A DNA stretch of 64,000 nt from Oikopleura dioica (Eukaryota > Animalia > Chordata). The notes under the pieces were generated by a model. It was given only the letters and a program-made list of their open reading frames with translations. It was not told the DNA's origin and made no database searches. Where the stretch lies: NCBI GenBank assembly GCA_907165135.1, contig OU015568.1, positions 7,626,001 to 7,690,000 of the forward strand, given 5' to 3'. Below, piece after piece: positions 59,400 through 64,000 of this stretch. The translations under genes and the position numbers were made by a program. The stretch's first letter is position 1; the number at the start of each line of letters is the position of its first letter.

Positions 59400-62110
59400 T
59401 AAATCTACAAAATTTCTTCAGCCTTTCGATGCTATAGGTTCGCTTTCTTTGTCTGGGGTTCGCTTGCTTCGCTCAGGACTTCGTCCAGGATAACCTCCCT
59501 GTCATCAGGGATAAATTTGTCATCTTCTTCGCCTTCGATGTTGTGTAGCACGGCAAAGTCGTCTAAGAATTCGTCTGGGATGCCTGGCGCTAAGACTTCT
59601 AAAATAAACAAGATTTGTTTAGCTCAAGTGTACAAATCCTACCATCAGGGTGAACGCCGTCTGGAGGGGTGTAGTAAGCGAGACCACTTTCGACATCACT
59701 TGGCTCTTGCTTTTCCACTGGTATAAATTCTCCCTGGGAAGTATATAGTATATATTCTCGAAAAAAAAAACAAAGTACTCTTACCTCATCTATGACCGTC
59801 TCTTTCTTCCTATTTTTGAAAAGACCCCCAAGTTTTTTGAAAGAGTTCTTGATCTTTAGCGGGACTCCAAGCTTCGGGAAATTCGCCAGAGCATCTATCT
59901 CCTTCGTCAGAAATGACTTTCGTCTGGATGACATTCCCGTGCAGACAGAGCTCATTTGATCAACGCTCAGCTGTAGCTATTAATAATACCGCCTTTTTTA
60001 GACTTGATGATACCTGTTTAGAGGCTGGGCGATTCATTATGCGCACAATCTCTGAGTTTTCGTCGTCATCATCTTCGAGATCGTTGTCAACGCTCAAGGA
60101 ATCTTTAACGAGTTCGCCTTCATTAGCATTCATTAGCGTAGATGGACATTGCCTACTGGAATCATCATTGACGACCTTATAAGTAATTTATGTTTTTATA
60201 AATGAAAAAACTGCGTTACTGGTTCAGTGACTTGCGCAGATGTTGATTCCGCAGATGGACATTCCGGTGTATCGGTTTTAGGTGTCTCTTTTTTCACGAC
60301 AGGCGGAGTTGGTAGAATGTTTCCAGTCGTTTCTGGAACCGACGGCGTCCAACTGTGCCCTAGTGGAATTTAGTTGCTGAAGATTATTCAAGTTCACCGG
60401 CTAGATCTGGCTCTGCTGTCATGATAATCGTATTCTCGTGGAAAGGATTTCCAGCTGGATAACTTAATGATTACAAAGCAACAGTCGCTGAGCTGTTTTA
60501 CCTATACTCTGATGCAGCATCATAATCCTCTTTTTCCATAATGTTTATTTCTGCTTGCACTTTTTGAACATCATCCAGAGGGTGAAAGAGACGGGAATCA
60601 GGTTCTCGATACATTTCCACATCTTCTATCGGCCTGTCTATGTCAGGATCAAGCGTCATTGTGCCACACTGCGCCGTCGAAGAGTCCCAAGAATTCCTCG
60701 ACGAGGCATTTCTCCCTCCTCTCATACATGAGTCAACTTGAGTCTGACATACTTTAGGATGTATCTAGTCGACCCCCTCCCTGATGCTTGAATATTTTGG
60801 AAGCTTCAAACTCTCCATCGTGGGCCGCTTGAAATTAATCTTTTCCAGTAGCGAGGGGCGCTTTTCTGCTGCCAGTTGTTCATGATCTTCTGGCAGAATG
60901 AAAACTTCTTCGATCTTTGGATGTGAGCCCGGAGAGTCTGGATGAAGATACGAATTAATTTTGCAATATTTGCAGGTGATCACTCGACAGAAATCTCGCC
61001 TTCTCTGATGCCACTTCATTCGCTGTGCTTTTGTCCCGCATAATGCGCTCAAGAGACCTATATAGAAGTAAAGTACCGCCTTCCTTTTGTACTTTACCGA
61101 GGATAAAGAGGAGAAGAAGCAGAGGAAGAATAAAGAATAGAATAAAATTCCTAACAGCACTCGAGCCATATTCTACGGGAGGTAGCGTCGATTCTTCAAG
61201 GAAACTACTTGTTGATGCCTCTGTAGTAGTCGTTGTTGTAGTAGTTGTTGTCGTCGTGGTAGTAGTTGATGTTGTAGTAGTGAGGATAACAACTTTACGA
61301 TTCGGATCTCTGATGAATTAAAATAATTAACGATCGATGATCTGATGAATGCTACCGTGTTCGATAAGGCTCATGTTGTATTGAATCGACAAATCGCTGG
61401 CACTGAGGCGTGAAACACGGTTCCCATTGAGTTCCAGGATTTTCCCCACAGAACTTTACCCCAGAAAACATCAAGTTCTGCTTGAAATCTTCAGTAGCAC
61501 AGTATCTCTTTCTCGACCTCTTGCCTTCGCCACCGCATGTTATTGAACAAGAAGACCATGGTGCCCAATAATCGAATGTGTCTTCTGGGCAGGGCTCGAT
61601 CGGTCCAGTCAAAAAATTGTTAATTTTATCTAACTCTCTTATTTCTGGACTTTCCTTTATAAAGCAAGGTTCTGTCTGCGAGTCACGCTTTTATGAGGGC
61701 TATTTAGTGCTGAAAGAACCGTGGAATATACGTCGTAGAATCCCATCGAGAAAGAGATAAATTTTCCTGTTACATTAAATAACAGCATAAATCTAGTCCC
61801 TATCCGTTAGACACTGGATATTTCCATTATTACTCTCACACCCTCTGTTACGATGTCTTAAATTATCATCTCATCAGGAGGCTATGATTCTTGAGGTTTT
61901 TTCCTACCTGACTCCATCTCCACACATATGGGAGCACGAGTTCCAAGGCGCCCATCTATAGTTCCGTAAATTTATTCCGCCTGGATTAGACTCTTTCCAT
62001 ACCTCGACCAAAGAATTGTATTTTCTTCACGTTCATACTCTCTACCTGCACTACTCATCCTCTCTTTTATTCGAAACTTAATTTGTACTTTTTACAAGAG
62101 TTCAGCATTT
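59400..62110 (-). CDS. Type I membrane protein with two TSP1 repeats, a Thr-rich stalk, TM and a long cytoplasmic tail
   Basis: WAPWNSCSHMCGDG, WAPWSSCSITCGGEGKRSRKRYC, poly-T, FILFFILPLLLLLFILG. Ends approximate. Confidence 0.75.
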
Positions 62111-62312
62111 TTTCGCAAATTTCTTTATTCTCGTTGATATGCGATAATCCCAAGGTTAAGTCATTAAGCTTGGTGGGTTGACAGTCGCTGCGGTCCTTTT
62201 TGCTTTTGAGTTTTTTATGACGAATAATAAACAGGAAATGAATTTTCTTTCGGACAAAGGCGATATCTATTCTATAAGATAATTTACAGCAAATATACAG
62301 GAAGTGTTTGAT

Positions 62313-63281
62313 TCAAAACTTGGTCGACCAAAATGGATGAGAAAAGATGTCTTCGAGTCGAATTCGCTTGATCTGGTCCGGGTGAAGCATTGAAGAGATA
62401 AGGTCAGCAGCAGCAGGGTGAATTGCGCGAAGTTCTGGTCGGTTCGCGATCCATAAATTTCGAGCGACATCGTCTTTGGTCGTGAATGGGAGTTTCCCGA
62501 TGAGGATGATGAACAAGACGCAGCCGAGCTGCCAGACTGTGACACGGTCCTGGAAGTATCGCTTGAGGCGGAAGAATTCTGGAGGAAAGAAGAGTTCAGT
62601 TCCACAGAATCGTTTTTGCTGAAGAAAGGAATAAGTGTCCTGTTGAAATGAATTGAGTCTTACCGGTTGAGTAGAATGGACCTTCGCGCAGCCAAAATCG
62701 ATGAGTTTGACCTTGAAGTCGGTCAAGCTGATGAGAATGTTTTCATCTTTGATGTCGTGATGGCATACTCCGGCTTGTTTCAGCTTGAGCACTGTATGGA
62801 CTAATTGAGCCATCACCCACTGCCCATGTAGTGCACTCATTCGACCGAAACGCGAAATGAATTGAAAGATATCGATCGAGTTCTTTGGCCGCTCCATTGC
62901 AATCACTGAAATTACGAGTTAGGGAGTTTTATTCATTACTCTTATCATTTCAGCAGAAAATTTAGACATTTGCTTACCATAGTTCGCGATGGCCGACTGA
63001 TTCCTCTCGTAGTATTCGTAAAATTCTGCGATGTTTTCCGGGCACGCTCGAGACGCAGCCTCGTGGAGTTGAATTTCCATGGAGAGTCGATTTTTCAGGA
63101 TGTCATCTGGTCGCTTCGCAATTTGCTTCAGGACCAATTGCTCCTTCGTGAAATTATCTGTCGCCGCGTAAATGACACCGTTTGCCGATTTTCGTAACGT
63201 TTTGTTTACTGTGTACTTTGCTTCGAAGATTTGCTGGAGGAAGGGACTCTCTGGTTGATTGAAGAAGACTTGGTTTGTCAT
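62313..63281 (-). CDS. PIM-family Ser/Thr kinase
   Basis: LVLKQI, SMEIQLH, MERP hinge, HHDIKDENIL, LIDFG, FCGTELFFPPE, TVWQLG. Confidence 0.88.
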
Positions 63282-64000
63282 TCTTTTTTGGATAGTGATT
63301 TTCTTTGTCTTTTCGTCTGATGATGCGAGTATTCTCGAGAAACTCGTATTTATATCTAGAAGGGAAGCTGTTACGCAGCGCTAGAGAGAGATCGCGCTTG
63401 GAGCCACTGATTCATCGAAATTGTCGGACAGTCAGCACTGGCGCCAAGGTCTGATAAGGCTTCCAATGCGTTCCAGCTGTCGCCCTGACGGCCTACTCAA
63501 AGGTGCCTAAGGCGTGAATTCTGTATCCAGCTGCTTCCGGGACAGAGATCAGAAGTGCGGCTGCATGTGATATGCATCTGGATCATGTCATTTTTGTTAC
63601 GCATAAGTGGAAATTGCATATGAGTAGAATCGCCTCTCCCTGGCCACTGCTGGTGTTCCCACTATTTTGAGCCTTATGTTTATCAATTTCGAAAAAAGGG
63701 TATCATTCGAAAAGGAATGTAAGCAATTGATTCTCTGGGGAGAGAGGAAAAACGCATGACGAGCTGCCAAAAGCTTGACAGCCTCAGAAAGAAAACTGAA
63801 ATGGATATCGTCAGGCCAAGGAAAGGTTCACCAGTCAGAAAAAAGTGCGTAAAAAAGAGAGACTGTTTGAATCAAATCAATATAACTTCCATGTCCAGAG
63901 AAAGACCGATAAGGTAACAAAACCAATGCTTCCAAATAAATAATTTCCAACTACACTGTAGTAAGTTGAATATTTAGCGAGTACGATAATGTCCACAACA

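Noticed and set aside
61025-61321. Plus-strand ORF with poly-Val / GTA-GTT microsatellite
   Set aside because: It is the antisense of the poly-Thr stalk of the TSP1 gene.

Overview
Gene-dense AT-rich animal DNA. Most introns are about 30-60 nt, at least one uses a GA-AG boundary, same-strand genes are very closely spaced, and there is an intron-containing connexin (a chordate-only family). This best fits a larvacean tunicate such as Oikopleura (inference, not a database match). Recognisable genes: a PDZ+Ig protein, tRNA-Asn(GTT), GRTP1/TBC1D6, a UBL/BAG6-like protein, two IFI27/ISG12 paralogues, ODAD1/CCDC63, a connexin, an SLC38 transporter, a small SET protein, PLC-like (PLCL), SPATA17, SH3BGR-like, rolling-stone-like, THADA, a C2H2 array with a chromo-like tail, a TSP1 membrane protein and a PIM-like kinase. 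The window carries many non-autonomous DNA transposons, with no transposase detected. These include about 13 short copies of a CTGGG...CCCAG palindromic MITE, hAT-type elements with perfect 8-bp target-site duplications (TSDs), and two TTAA foldback elements. Strongest finding: a CTGGG...CCCAG element in one IFI27 paralogue forms, with its GT-starting TSD, an exact frame-restoring GT-AG intron that the neighbouring paralogue lacks, i.e. introner-type intron gain. Second: a zinc-finger gene lies on the same strand between the body and the apparent C-terminus of THADA. All gene models are manual and unverified by RNA data.
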